Source: the human T2T-CHM13v2.0 reference genome, Homo sapiens
DNA: 64,000 nt
Assembly (NCBI RefSeq): GCF_009914755.1
Contig: NC_060930.1
Reading direction: 5' to 3' (one strand)
How positions within the stretch are numbered: position 1 is the stretch's first letter; every line of letters starts with the position of its first letter. The notes under the pieces were generated by a model. It worked only from the letters and a program-made list of their open reading frames with translations. It was not told the DNA's origin and ran no database searches. This document shows, in pieces, positions 1 through 14,071 of this stretch. Both the position numbers and the translations under genes were made by a program.

Positions 1-3000
1 TATTGTAGAATATGTCCTTTAGTGTCAATCAACATTTACCTTTATTATATTTCTACAAATGTGTATATTAATATTTTTCACTAAGACTTTTATCTGCACT
101 TGCTTTTTCCTTCTGGGAAAATTACAAGGAATCCTAAAGACTTGAGATTAATTATTGCCTTCACACTGGAACTAGGGAGATCTGATTTAGAGCCAGTTCT
201 TCCTATGTTATTCTCTTACACTTATTCAATTAGGGAGTGGCAATGTACCACTGACCATGTGCTAGGGAATCAGACTTTCTAGATCTCTTGCTGGATGCAT
301 AAAATGGCTAAATTGTAAACAATTTACAATCTTTATGGGATTATGAAGTCTATACAGTCTGTTCTTAGAGTGTATTTATGTTATCTTAAATTTTTAATTT
401 TAAATTTAAATTTTAAAATTTTTCTTTCCTTTAAAATGTTTCTATTCTATTTTATCTATCCTTGATAATTAATTTCACCCATTATGCTAGAGGGAAGCCT
501 TCACAATGCTGTCATTTAGTTTATTCCAACATCAAACAAATTCCTCCAAAATAAATAAGAATAATGTCCAGCTTCAAAGGACTTACAAGTTATAGAAGAA
601 AATACACACACATAGATGATATAATCTCTCAGGGTTAGCAAAGACACATTTTAAAGAAAGAGATAGACATGAATGGATAATTGCAAAGGCTAAGATGGCA
701 AAGATCAGTATAAGTAATCGCTCTCTTCTTGGGGAGATTTTCTCATTAGCCCATTTAGTCACATATTCTGCATGCAAGCAACATAGCTGGGATCCCAGTA
801 CTGTTGTCCTCCAAACATATCCTGAAACTCACCCTCAGTCCCACTGACCGTTTAAATACCCCCAAGTTAATGTCCTGAACTATGAAGCAATGCTTCAAAG
901 TCCTTCTGGAAGTTTTAAATATATAAAACGTGAAGAATATGAAAAACAATCCAATGTGTAGATATGCAAAAGTCATCTAACAAACTTAATTGTTCCCTTC
1001 AGAGAAGGACTACTAGGTTCCTGTACTTAATGACTAGAATTAAAGATGAAGGCAAATAATTATAATTACATTATTTTACTGACTAATATAAATATTTCCT
1101 AAAATTTTATGAATTCTGTGAATTATGAGTGTAACTTATGAGTTAATATTCATACAATTATGAATATTAGATGGTCAAAACCATGATTACTTATTTGTTA
1201 ACCAGTACTAGAAAATCTATTTATGAGATCAGTAACATTCTGTCTTATTTCTCTCTCTATAAACACACAGGCAGGCAGACACACACATATGTAGTGATGC
1301 CTTGTGCTTTCAACAAAGATTTGGAAAAATTTATACTTTTTAAATTTTTTTCAATGCTGAGCTGTAACATTTACATAGAATCAAATATAGTTTACTCTTA
1401 TTTGTCCATGAAGTGCAAAGAAATAGACAATATGGAGAAATAAAAGACAAGAACTAACTATAGAAACTTTTTAAATACTTTTTTGTTACTTCTTTTATGT
1501 CAGCTGGACTTCATAAATACAAACATAAAAATGGCATTGATTGGTTAAAATATTGTGAACCAAGTTTCTCATAGTCTACTTTCCATTAACTTTTCTAGGA
1601 GCAAAATCCTTAGATATCAGTAGAGAGGCTATGTTACAGTTCAGATGTGAAAACTTATTTTCTTAAGTTGATATGGTTGTGGAACTTTATCACTCAAGTA
1701 GTAACACAAGTTTTTAAGCTACTTGGATATTAGTGGTATTATCTTATCATTGGAAGCACTCTAAGTCCAATAAAATCAGATGGCTTTCTTTCATGTAGGT
1801 CCTTTGTTTTTGTGCATTATGACTATATTATTTGTAAATGTAGCCTAGCTCATAGTCTCTCATAAGTGAACATATGGGCATATCCTTGAGTACTTAAACG
1901 TATCATGTGCCATTTCTGACTTCCGTTGTTTTCATTCTTGAATTTAGTTGCATCATAAAAGATGTAGAATTCTTATCACATTGTATCCCTATGAACTTAG
2001 TATCTGAAAGTGAACTCTAATAACTAGGATTTTTTTAAGTTTCCAGGCTGTGCCAAAAAAATCGACGTTATGATTTTAAAATATGTAGGTTTATTTGGTG
2101 GAAACATTTGAAATTCTCTTTAGAACTCATCATCTTATAGCTGAACTCAGGCACCTTCACTGGGTATGAAAGCATCATCAACTATCAATGAGATGTAAGG
2201 CACTGCTGAGAAGTATATATAGTCCCTGATTTCAAAAGTTTTCCTTTCCATTCAGAAGATTCAGACATAAGCATATGCAAAGTTGAATGCACTTCTGAAA
2301 ACCTCATATAAATACGCTAGCTTCAATGAAAGATGGTAACTTGAGGATTCAGTGGTTTCAGGCAACATTTTTTCTAACCATACTACATGATATCCCTAAG
2401 CTATCATATTAAAGAATAAAGCTATGATAGGTACATCAGCAGTGAAGAATGTAGATCAGGACCTGCACTAGAGTGTGGACAAGAGGAGGACAGAAGAAAC
2501 ATGTAAAACCACAAACTGTGTCTCCCACTACTCACTACTTTTGCAGGATTTGACGGGGTGGGCTGTGGTAATAATGGGCAGTGACATTTTTGTGTGGGAT
2601 AATGTTAAAGCATTATAGTCGTAAAGCTTCCTGCTTTTAATAAACTGCATGAAACCACTCTAGCGAAATAGACACTATGTAGGAATGACATGCATTGTTT
2701 GTATCAAACAATGAAATACTTTTATGTATTCAGAGTTTGATATATACCTATAAGTAGATAATATGCTATCAGATTCCTTGCTGAGTCAATGCACAACTTC
2801 CTCCCACTTCTTTTGAGGTGAGAGAAAACCATTGCCTGGGATCCATATAAGGAGGAAGGAAAATGAAGGTATAGTATTTCCTAGTGTGAGTTGTTAGTTA
2901 CTAATTTGCATCCCCTGTCTGAGAACAGGGGGCTGATACTAATGAAGCAAAACAGGCAAGAGGCATAGAGCAACAAAAGGAATTTCCTGGCTCATAAACA

Positions 3001-3419
3001 TAACGTGGTCTATTCCTTCTTTTGTAATCTATACTAATAATTAAAATATTATGGAAAGGTGCATGTTTGTGTGTGTATGTGTGTGTTCAGTGGTCTTTGT
3101 GGTCTGTTTTACTTATCTCACCAAAGTTCTGGTGGTCCAAACTATGTTTTCTATTTTCTCTGAATTTTCATTGTAGTCATTAATTGATAATTGACTTCTT
3201 AATGGTCAATTCTCAATTAATAATTTACATATTTGAGGATAAATAAATTTTCTTTTATTTCCTGTTTCTCTCTCCATGCAACTCTATATATACCTGGTGG
3301 AAACAAGAAAAATTACTATTAAGTGGACTTTCTTGACATGAACATATCCAAATTTCTAATATCCCAAAATTTAAAGGACATTTTCTATGTCTGTTTCATA
3401 ATACATTGATATGATGGAG

Positions 3420-3630
3420 GAAAGTGATCTTGGACTTTTGCAAGAGAACACATATTTAAATTTAGATTTTTACCTTTTAATATAATTGTGTCACTCATCT
3501 AATCTTCAGTTTATTCATCTGTAAAATGGGGACAATAGTAATACCCACTTCATAGGATGGGTATTACTATTGTAATGCTATTGTAATACTATTGTAATGG
3601 GGTGGACTTTGTGAGATGCTGTAAAGTAGA
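3420..3630 (+). mobile_element. MIR SINE remnant
   Basis: Core motif cttcagtttattcatctgtaaaatggggacaatagtaatacccacttcatagga. Confidence 0.7.
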
Positions 3631-3673
3631 GAACCTGATAGGGAGCAAATACTGTGAAAGTATTAGAAGTAGT

Positions 3674-4150
3674 ATGTTAACGCCCTTCAACCAAAGTTCA
3701 TCAGAATCACACCTGTAGCTGACCTAGCTGAATTTGTTACTCTTGAGAGTGAGGGGAAACTAACATAGGGAACTGTGGGGATCTCAGCAATGGAGTGTTT
3801 GAATTACTTAAGGGATTTGAGCTTGTGTTAAGTGATTTGGCAGAGGGTTTAAGGAAGCGAGCGGCCTTTGTTCTGAACCGGATGCTGTTCGGAAGGTGTG
3901 ACAATTCTATGGTTGGATAATAAACCTTAATAAATCATCTAGGTGAAGGGAAGACCAGCCATAATTGGTAAAGAAATAGCAGTCACTATATTAGCTGAGA
4001 AAGAAGAATATTTGGTACTTTGTGAGTTGCACTGTGACCTTGTTTTTGTCTTTTAAGTGTCATCGTATGCTACTGATGTTTTCTGATATGGTTTAGGTCT
4101 AACTAGAGATAACAGTTTTTCTGTGAGCATCAGGCAAGCTGCTAATTAGG
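3674..4150. mobile_element. Old ERV-type solo LTR (family not assigned)
   Basis: Resembles old LTR consensus text (ggatttgagcttgtgttaagtgatttggcagagggtttaaggaagc; gtgaccttgtttttgtc). Boundaries approximate. Confidence 0.4.
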
Positions 4151-5900
4151 TCTAGCTGTAAGTGTCTTTTTATGGTGATTCCCCCTCTACGGCGATTTGA
4201 TCACTTTAGAACCCTCTGTCCTTAATGGTCTTGATTTTTATTAATATTTAACAGGAGAAAAGTGTCGCACATAATGGAAAGTTGCATTTTCCAGTATGAC
4301 TGCCATTAAAATTATATAGATATATATACCCAAAATAAAATTTATATAACCATTTCCAAAATTAAACACTTCGGGGAACATAAAAAGCTTAAGATCTTAG
4401 TTAAAAGCCTGAAGTTTTATGCTAATTTTCTTTATAGCTTTTTACTTTATAGTAATATTTTCCCCTAGTCAGTAGTTGAATATTAGAGGAGCTAATGATT
4501 TAAGTTTAGTTCTTACTGTTTTCAGCGTGGACACTTCTCAATCTGATATGTTTCCATGCAGTAGAGTATAAATAATATAGGGGACAAGGATAAATAGTAA
4601 TTGAGTGACAGATTAAAGACTAAAATAAATGAAAGTTCTATTGGTAAATAAGTCTTCATTTGTATACTGACATATATATATAAATGGATTTAATTATATG
4701 ATTCAGTGGGAAAAAAAGTGGTGTGTTATTCAGAAGATATGGATTAAAGTTCAGTCACAATCCTTAATTAAAATATTTACTTGGGCAATTTATATACTCT
4801 ATTTTCCAATTTCCTTTTTTATGAAATGGAGTCAGTATTAATTACCCCTCTATATTACAGGATTGACATATTATTATAATTAGGTAGAAATACTTTGAAT
4901 AGTAAAAAATCGATGTAGAGGATTTTTTAATGATTTATATGAATATATTACTTTAAAATTAAGAGATTTTGGAAGAAATAGGTCAAATAAACTAGGAGTA
5001 TTATGATAATTATTGAGCTCTACTGTCTTAGTCATAGACTCAAAGGGATTCTTCTCCCAGGTTTTTGCTAGGAAGAAATACCCTCATACAAGCTGTGTCA
5101 GTCTGTTGAGCTGAGCAGTGTCACACCCGTCAAGCTGCATTTGAGAAATGCTTTCCTGGGAGCCCAAACCCTGCCAGAGGGATGCTGCCATGTTGCAGAT
5201 TCCAGATATATTTCCTACTCTTACAAACTCTAAGAAGAGAGAAAGAATCACCTAAGAGTAGGGCCTCATAAACAGGTAGACCCAAATATTTCTGTTATAT
5301 AGAGCGAGAGGCTTCAGTCTGCTATGAACCTAAAATTTTGGTCTACAGCATCTATGGGAGGATGCCCTGCCCTCAGTCTCTCTGCAGGGTGCCCTTCTGG
5401 TGAAGACAGTGAATGGAAAGATTCTCAACATTTGCTGGAACTTGGTTCAAAGGTCCCTGATTGTGTTTGCATGAGGTTGTTATAATTTGTAACTCAAATA
5501 CTGCCTCATTAACCTGTTCTTTAATTGATATGGATTTTATCTTCTTAGCCTTCTAGCCTGTTGTATGACAATTATATTTGTTTTATGTCATTTTAGATTT
5601 TGGGCATTATTCCAGTGCTTTTTCAGTTCTTAGCTTAAAAGATTTTTAAATTAATTGTGTCTTTATTAATTTTGGCTTGCTTTCTTTTACCATTTAATAT
5701 TTTTTTCTCATTCAAACTTTAACTTATCAACTTTTTTATCCTTCTTAGCCTTACCATTATCATTTGTTTATATTTTAATTCTAATTTTTAAAAATGATGT
5801 TGCATTTTTATTTTCCTTCTATGTAGTTTAGTATAAAATGGCAAATGGAAGACAGATTTTTGCTTCTCAACATATGCCCAAAGCAAGAGGTTGTACTCTG

Positions 5901-6117
5901 TTTTTTTAGAGACAGGGTCTTGCTCTGTTACCCAGGCTGGAGTGCAGTGGCATGATTTTATCTCATTGTACCTGGGAATCCTGGGCTCAAGCATCCTCCC
6001 ACCTCAGCCTCTTGAGTAGCTGAGACTACAGGTGCGCAATACCATACCCAACTAACTTTATTTTTTATTTTTGTAGCAACACGGTCCCACTGTATTTCCC
6101 AAGTTGATCTTAAACTT
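5901..6117 (-). mobile_element. AluJ-like, truncated
   Basis: ttttagagacagggtcttgctctgttacccaggctggagtgcagtgg...ctgggctcaagcatcctcccacctcagcc; diverged. Confidence 0.85.
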
Positions 6118-8407
6118 ATACCTCCAACTGCAAGTGCTTCTGATGAGAAAGAAGAGAAATTGAAACAGCCTAAGAAAGTGTTGATTCTGACCTGGCTACA
6201 TATGAGAGAAGAAATTATGTATTCTAGTTCATTGTTTATTAAATGGTGTTCTATGAATTAAAAAAGAAGTTAGGTATTACATTTCAATTAAATTTGAGAA
6301 GTAAATTTTTAAACAAAGGTTATTTATTGCAGTACTCGCTGCTTTGTGTCTAAAATGGCATTCCAAATTTAACCTCAAAAAGATAGAAATTTTGATTTAA
6401 GGGCTATAGACACCCAGATTGTTGAACACTAGTCTAACCCAGTTAAATAAAATGATCAACCCTTTACCTATTTGATTAAGCCAAAATCCTAAAAGTCAAC
6501 CTTAATTTTCTATTTTTCTGCACCCTACCACAAACCTGCCAGCTCTACATCCAGAAAACATTGTAAATTCATCCATGTTTTTTCTATGCCCACTGATGCC
6601 ACCATAATTCAAGCCACCATCAGCTCTCTCTGGACTACATACAGTATAGTCCTCCAATATTTCACAGTACGCATTCTTGCCCCTGTACCATCCGTTCTAC
6701 ACAAAACCACAATATTAGGTTTTAAAATGTAAATTCTATCTTATCACTTCTTTTCTTTAAAATCTTTTCATACTTTGCATCTTCCCTGGTCGCATGGCCT
6801 ATAGGGCCCTATAAGATCTGGCTTCTGCACAGCATCTGAACCCATCTCTTTCCACCTCTCCTTTTCCAGGATCCCCACAAGCCCCAGTCTTCTCTCTGTT
6901 CCTGAACACAGATCTTCACATGCCAACAGATATTTTACATGTAAAAGATTTTTTATTGCCAAAAATGAGACATTGTTTAATTTTTAATTTTTCTTTTCAG
7001 TGTTATTCTGGATTTTAAAAAAAATATTAGTGAATTTATTTTACAGTCCTCAGCCCCATAACATTTCTGGAAACACTAATGTCATTTTATTGAATAAGAA
7101 AAAAGTGGAGGTCAGGGAGGCTTTGGGGAGGTGGAAATTAAGAGTTGGCTCTGTCCAGTGATTCAGACTCAGCTCTAATATCGTCGTCTCCTGAGACTGC
7201 CTGAGCACTCCCTATCACATCGCCCTCTTTATCACGTTGTCTTCATAACACCTCTAGTGAAACGCTCTGGTTTATTCATTTACTCGTTTATCATCTGCCC
7301 CCACTACAGCCCCCAGACTACATGTTCATAAGAGCAGAGCTCAGCCAGTCCTTATCACCACAGCTCCCCCGTGGCGCAGTTGAGCAATGCCAATCACAGA
7401 CTAAATTTTCTATAAATCTTTACTCCTGTGTGTGTTACGAGACTCCAGGAGGGATTGTGGAGTGTTTACGTTTTCCCAGCTTACCAGGGAACTCTTTTCT
7501 GACAGAATGCTGAGATGTGAATCAGTTTTCAATAGAAAGACAGTTTCAGAAAGAAAGCTTTGAGGTATTTTTAAATTCGTAGGTTTGCAATGACCCTGAG
7601 AGGTCCCTCTTACAAATATTGGAAGTAAGCCATACACAAGGAGCAGGCATTGAGTGGGGAGAGACATTGATTGTCTCTACTACCTCGCTGCTGAGCCCGG
7701 TAAAAAGTCAAGCCTGCCTGCAGGGTTGAAGGAGAAGCAGCTTCCTCACCACTTTAGCTCCCCAGTTAAACATCAGATAACAAGAAAAAAGCTGTTCCTT
7801 CACATCTTGGAGAACCTAGATGAGTGTTTATAAAAAAAGAAATAGAGATATATAATATGATAAATTGTTTTTATTTTTACATTTCTCTACATTTATCCCT
7901 AAAAGATAATGCACAAATTCTATCTGGAAATGCTTAAATATCCAAAACAGAACTCTTAATTTCTACCCCCCCAAAGCCTCCCTGTTCTCTATTTTTTTCT
8001 CATTCAGTAAAATGACACTAGTGTTTCTAGAAGTGTTATGGGGCTGCGGCCCATAAAACAAATCCATTAATAATTTTTTTTAATCCAGAATATCACTGAA
8101 AAGAAAAACTTAAAAATAAAACAATGTCTCATATTTGACACTAAAAATTATATATATACATAAAATGTCTGTTGTCTGTATATATGTATGTGTGTGTATA
8201 TATTACATGTGTGTTTATATATATATAGTCTGTTGTCTAGTTTTTTAAGTTAAATTTATATATTCATCTCCTACCTGACTTTTCAATTATCTATTTTCTC
8301 AATGATTTGGACTTGACACACTAAAGAAATATTAGGCCTTTCCTCTTTTGTTTTTCATATCCAATGAGTTATTTTGTCAAGCCAATTCCTTCATAATAGT
8401 GCAATTA

Positions 8408-8512
8408 CACCAACATGGCACACATATACATATGTAACAAACCTGCACGTTGTGCACATGTACTCTAGAACTTAAAGTATAATAAAAAAAAATTAAAAAG
8501 CTTGCAAAAAAA
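8408..8512 (+). mobile_element. L1PA 3' end, heavily 5'-truncated, with TSD
   Basis: caccaacatggcaca...aacctgcacgttgtgcacatgtactctagaacttaaagtataat plus A-tail; direct repeat agtgcaatta at 8398-8407 and 8513-8522. Confidence 0.9.
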
Positions 8513-10520
8513 AGTGCAATTAATTTTCAAAAAGGATCTTTTGGTTCTCAGTGTAAAATAAAATCGCAAAAAATGCCCACTTGATGTATCTTCAATTTCA
8601 TTATTTTCTCTGTTACTGACTTTGTGAACAAAACTGACCCCATCTAAAATACATGTTTTGTTGATGTTTATGGTAGCGTTGAACCTCAAATTGCTCCTCA
8701 GATTTCTAATATTAACACTCTTAAGCTTTAACATTAACACAGAATATGTACATGGTTAGAAAGGATTGAACAACTATAACTACAAATATATGAATTTAAA
8801 GTCTCAAAACATTTTATTATTATTGATGCAGTCTTATTTCAGTAAAAGCCTGAGGAGCAAAACACTTCACAAATAGATGTTCTCATTCTTCCTAATATCA
8901 TCTCAGCAAGGTCCTTCCTAATTCTTCATAGAAATACAGTCCCCTGCCAAATTATCTTCTCTCTGATTTCGACATTTGACTTGCACATTCTAGATGCCAC
9001 ACTTTGCTAGACACTCTTATTCTCTCTTTGCCAGAAAACATATAACTATTGCATTCATAATAAATCATACTCAAAATTTACCTTAAAGCAGAATACTTAA
9101 GGACATCACATAGTCCTTTATTCTAGTCACTCAGCACTAAGATTAGCTTAGCAGCACCTAATTCACCTTTGTTAATGTGCTGCTTTCTTTCTGAATGTTC
9201 TCAATAATGTGGATAACTGTACATCCTTTTGCCAAATAGATTGTAAGGTGTAGGGCATGAATCTCTTTTTATAAACCCTTCTCAGAATGCTTAGGATGGT
9301 GAGGCTTCATACTGCAAGCTCAATAAATGTTATCTTTGAATAGAAAAATTCTGAAATGAAAAATGCACTCATGTTTAAAGCCAAAATAGAGGGGAAATAG
9401 ATAATTTATAATATCCTATTGCTTCACTAGAATTTTCTTTTTAGTCTGGAAAATAGACTACATAACCAATATGATTGTATCAGGCACTTGTAATAAAGTG
9501 AGATGCTAAAATTACATTAATGGAATGATTAAATTGGCATTTTGTGATTTTTAATCTCATAAAGGGTTTATTAAGTACAGCTGGATGCCTGTTAAACAAT
9601 CTCTTTTTAATACCTACATGTAAGGCTTGAAGTTAGATTGAAAGTACTTATTATATTCTGCCAGGCTTTCTTGTTTATTTGGATGGATTTTCATAGCACC
9701 ATTAGCTTATTTTGAAACTTTAGATTTCTGGTGAATTCTCTTTCACCTGTGATCAAATTGACTAAGAACAATGAACTGATCTTGGAAAAAAGTAGACATC
9801 CACAGACTGATGCATTTATAACATTTACATGCTAGTTTGCACATTCTAATCTAGAAAGTATTTTTGGTTAAATCCTTTGTTTATTTCTATTTTGTGGCAT
9901 ATGGGATTGTGCCTTTGTCAATGCTGACTTTGTCTAAATTGTCCATAACTCACCACTCTGTGTCTATTATAATTACATCCCCAGTAGATGCAGTATGTCC
10001 TCTGAAAGCCTAAATACTTCATGTTTCATGTTAAGATGGTATTGTCTTTAAACATTTATTTATTTATTTATTCATTTGCATGCAGAATGTCCTAAATTAT
10101 AAAATTTTTGAGGTTAGGATTTATATTCTTTTATTTCTGTGTATCTTGTTAACACCTATCACAGTGTCTGATGACTAATAGATTCTCAAAATTATTTGAA
10201 TGAATTAATACATGAATCTCAATTTGAATCTCCCAAAGATAAATCAAGCTGAACAGTCTATATTACATTCCAGTCATCAGAAAACAGCCATCTAAGAGTC
10301 ACCTGGATCCTCTCTTTGCTTCAGCTCCCATGGCCAGTTCTTCAGTTTCTTCTTACCACCCGTTCCTAGTAACTTTCTAATCTCTCCAAGACACTGCATC
10401 TGCACTGCCTCATCATCACAGCTCAGATCCTTCCCAACTTCTGTAATTTGTTCTCAATCCTACACTAGATCTGATCATAGTATTATGGTATTATGTATTA
10501 TTTAAATCGTTCAATGGCTT

Positions 10521-10797
10521 TTTTTTTTTTTTGAGACGGAGTCTTGCTCTGTCCCCCAGGCTGGAGTGCAGTGACACAATCTTGGCTCACTGCAAGCTCC
10601 ACCTCCCGGGTTCACACCATTCTCCTGCCTCAGCCTCCCGGAGTAGCTAGGACTACAGGCGCCCGCCACCATACCCGGCTAATTTTTTTGTATTTTCAGT
10701 AGAGACGGGGTTTCACCGTGTTAGCCAGAATGGTCTCGATCTCCTGACCTTTTGATCCGCCTGCCTCAGCCTCCCAAAGTGCTGCGATTACAGGCGT
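10521..10797 (-). mobile_element. AluY, missing ~17 nt at its 5' end
   Basis: AluY diagnostics (tgcaagctcc, ttcacaccattctcc, gtgttagccag..atggtctcgatctcc); perfect TSD gttcaatggctt at 10509-10520 and 10798-10809. Confidence 0.93.
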
Positions 10798-11342
10798 GTT
10801 CAATGGCTTCTTAAACACCTGAGAATAATATCCAAAATCCTTAACACAGCTGATGAAAGTTTTTCATAATCTAGCCTCTCTCTTTTTTAAAACTTCTGCA
10901 ATCTCTCCTCACTCAGCACTCTAGATGCCTTTCACAATGACCTTCATCCAGTTCCTGGAAATGCCCATGATTCTTCTTCCAAAGATCTTTGTATATTCCT
11001 CTGCATGGAACATACCTTTATCCTAAGTATTTTCTCTTTATCCTTCAAGGCTTGCCTGAAGCCTCGGTTTGTCAAGAAAGACTCTCTGGACCTTCCAAAG
11101 TCTTATCTCACAATGTCCTGAAACTATCCTTTGCAACACTGCCATGTAATTGATTTATCTAGCATGTAATTCATGGTTTATTTCTAGGGGTTCTTTCTCT
11201 AAAATATGAGCTCGATAAGGTCTTGCTCAGTATTTAGTTTGTTCACTATTTCATGTACCCCATCTCCTAGCACAATGTATTGCATCTTTGAGTGATCAAT
11301 AAATATTTTTGAAGAAATAAGTGAATCAAAAGATATACTGGA

Positions 11343-11640
11343 GGCCAGGCATAGTGGCTCACGCCTGTAATCCCAGCACTTTGGGAGGCCAAGGCAGGTG
11401 GATCACCTAAGGTTAGGAGTTTGAGACCAGCCTGACCAACATGGTAAAACCCTGTCTCTACTAAAAATACAAAAATTATTTTGGGGTGTGGTGACAGGCA
11501 CCTGTAATTCCAACTACTCAGGAGGCTGAGGCAAGAGAACTGCTTGAACCTGGGAGGCAGAGGTTGTAGTCAGCTGGGATCATGCCGTTACACTCCAGCC
11601 TGGACAACAGAGCAAGACTCCATCTCCAAATGAAAAAAAA
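11343..11640 (+). mobile_element. AluS (Sx/Sq-like), full length
   Basis: ggccaggcatagtggctcacgcctgtaatccc... plus A-tail; TSD aaagatat(a/g)ctgga. Confidence 0.93.
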
Positions 11641-11858
11641 AAAGATATGCTGGATATATAAAATAAAATAAAAGTGGGAAAATAAGGTAATAATATTTGG
11701 GGAGTTAATAAAATCTCATGCTGGTGTGACCTTCCATTGTATTCATTCATAGTCCATTGATTGGGGTTCATCTTCAAGGGTGGTTTTACCAGGTACTTTC
11801 TGTACAGCTTGTCCTATTGGAAGATATCCTCATGCTGTCTCTTTTTCTGCTTTGGTAG

Positions 11859-12023
11859 TTGATGGACAGTGGCAAGAGTGGAGTTCGTGGAGCCAGTGCT
11901 CAGTAACGTGCTCGAATGGGACTCAGCAGAGAAGCCGGCAGTGCACTGCAGCTGCCCATGGAGGCTCCGAATGCAGAGGGCCATGGGCAGAAAGCAGAGA
12001 GTGCTATAACCCTGAATGTACAG
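11859..12023 (+). CDS. ADGRB3: ADGRB3/BAI3 internal coding exon (probably exon 7), thrombospondin type-1 repeat
   Basis: Acceptor ctttttctgctttggtag| and donor |gtaggg; 165 nt, phase 1-1. Translates (V)[54 protein letters not shown] with the WxxWxxCSxTC TSR motif, recognised as BAI3. Confidence 0.97.
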
Positions 12024-12126
12024 GTAGGGCTTGATTCCTGCATATCATGGGCACTCGTACCATGTAAAGGGCACATTATAAAATGTGTCAGAACTATGCC
12101 AGAGGGTCATGAAAGAAGATAATCAT

Positions 12127-12165
<39 letters not shown>
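12127..12165 (+). repeat. (TA)n(TG)n microsatellite in the short intron between the TSR exons
   Basis: Directly visible. Confidence 0.95.
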
Positions 12166-12481
12166 ATACATGTATTTATTAATGAAGCCGATTATACCAG
12201 AATTTATTCTAATGTATGCCATGCTAATAAAGTAATAAAATTCAGGAGATGAACTACGAATACATTTGAGGAAGTTTAGCACTGAGCTTGCACTTTTTAC
12301 ACTTTTTTACACTGTTCTTCGCAATGCTCTATATTTGACCTGTAAGTTAAATATTTGAATAAGGTTTATTCACAGTAGTAGATTAACAAAAATGGAAGGG
12401 GTAGTAACATTCTCAGATTTTAAAATTTTTAAAGGAGTGTGTGGTAGATGACTGACATTGACCACGAAACATTTCTTTCAG

Positions 12482-12646
12482 CCAATGGTCAATGGAATCA
12501 GTGGGGTCATTGGAGTGGTTGTTCCAAGTCCTGTGATGGCGGCTGGGAAAGGCGAATAAGGACCTGTCAGGGTGCAGTGATAACAGGGCAGCAATGTGAA
12601 GGAACGGGCGAAGAAGTGAGAAGATGCAGTGAGCAGCGATGCCCTG
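12482..12646 (+). CDS. ADGRB3: ADGRB3 coding exon (probably exon 8), next TSR domain
   Basis: atttctttcag| ... cctg|gtgaga; 165 nt, phase 1-1. Translates (A)[54 protein letters not shown]. Confidence 0.97.
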
Positions 12647-13753
12647 GTGAGAATGAACCCAAATTATCCCAAAAGAAACATTTCATAACGTGAAAAAAAA
12701 AGATTTAAAAATATTGTCATTGGTTAAGGGTCATATTCCTCAACTAAAGAACTACTAATGATAGGTGGCAATTTACTTGTTTCTGTACTATGTGGGGCAT
12801 CCCCTGTTTATGTGTCATAGAATCGTTCCATGTGAAATATTTGTTTGTGGAGATTACAAAACAAGTTGCCTTAGGATATATATACTGGAAATGTAAAGAC
12901 ATAAGAAATGAATGAGAAGATAAAGAAGTGTCGCTGACATTCAGATGCTTTTAAGTTCTGTTGCTAATTACTCTGACCTTGATATGTGACCTTGATTATC
13001 TACATTTACTTGCGTTTGCCCCATTTTTCATTGGCAAAGGAAATTCCTATGAGGAATGCATTTTAAAATGAAAGTATAAAGTCTTAATTGCTAATGAAAA
13101 AATGAAAGTCCTGCTACATTAAAAGATTTTACATATAAGCAGAGAAAATAATGAAAGGTCAGAAACTGCCCAGATTATACAGCACATATTTTACAGGATC
13201 ATTTAGAACAAAAACTCCTTCCTAATCATGTGTACCTTCCATTAAAATATTATTGACACACTGAGGACTCAATAAGTAAGTGAAAGTCAGGATTTTAGAA
13301 TGAGATCCTAAGAAAAATATTATAAGTATACTAAAGATGTGATAGGACAGAATTTTAAAATTTGACAATATAGTGCCAACGTGCTGAACCTAGAGAATTT
13401 GAAGACCCACTTAGAGTCCTGTTGCTGCTAGTAACTCTGTGAGCAAGCTGACTGATCTCTCTGGCTGTCTGATTCCTGGGGGTACAGTGAGTACAGCTGG
13501 TTGTGAGATCTTTGAGGTTCCTTTTCAGTTCAGAATGCTATGAATTTCTGCCTTTATCTCACATGATTGTTTCAACTTAGAAGAACCAAGGTATTCTAAG
13601 AGCTATCCAGGAGTCAAAGCTTTGTATTTTTCCAAAGTTAGTATTATAAAGACTTCTCACAGTACAACACTAAGAATAACAACAGAACTGGATTTTAAGA
13701 GTAACAATATGTCAGTTGGAGTTTTGTGGGGGCTTAAAAAAGATCGAAAATTA

Positions 13754-14071
<318 letters not shown>

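Noticed and set aside
11780-12034. ORF-track boundaries for the TSR, HRM and GAIN ORFs as stand-alone small genes
   Set aside because: They are exon reading frames running on into intron. Splice sites define the real limits, and the exons join in frame.
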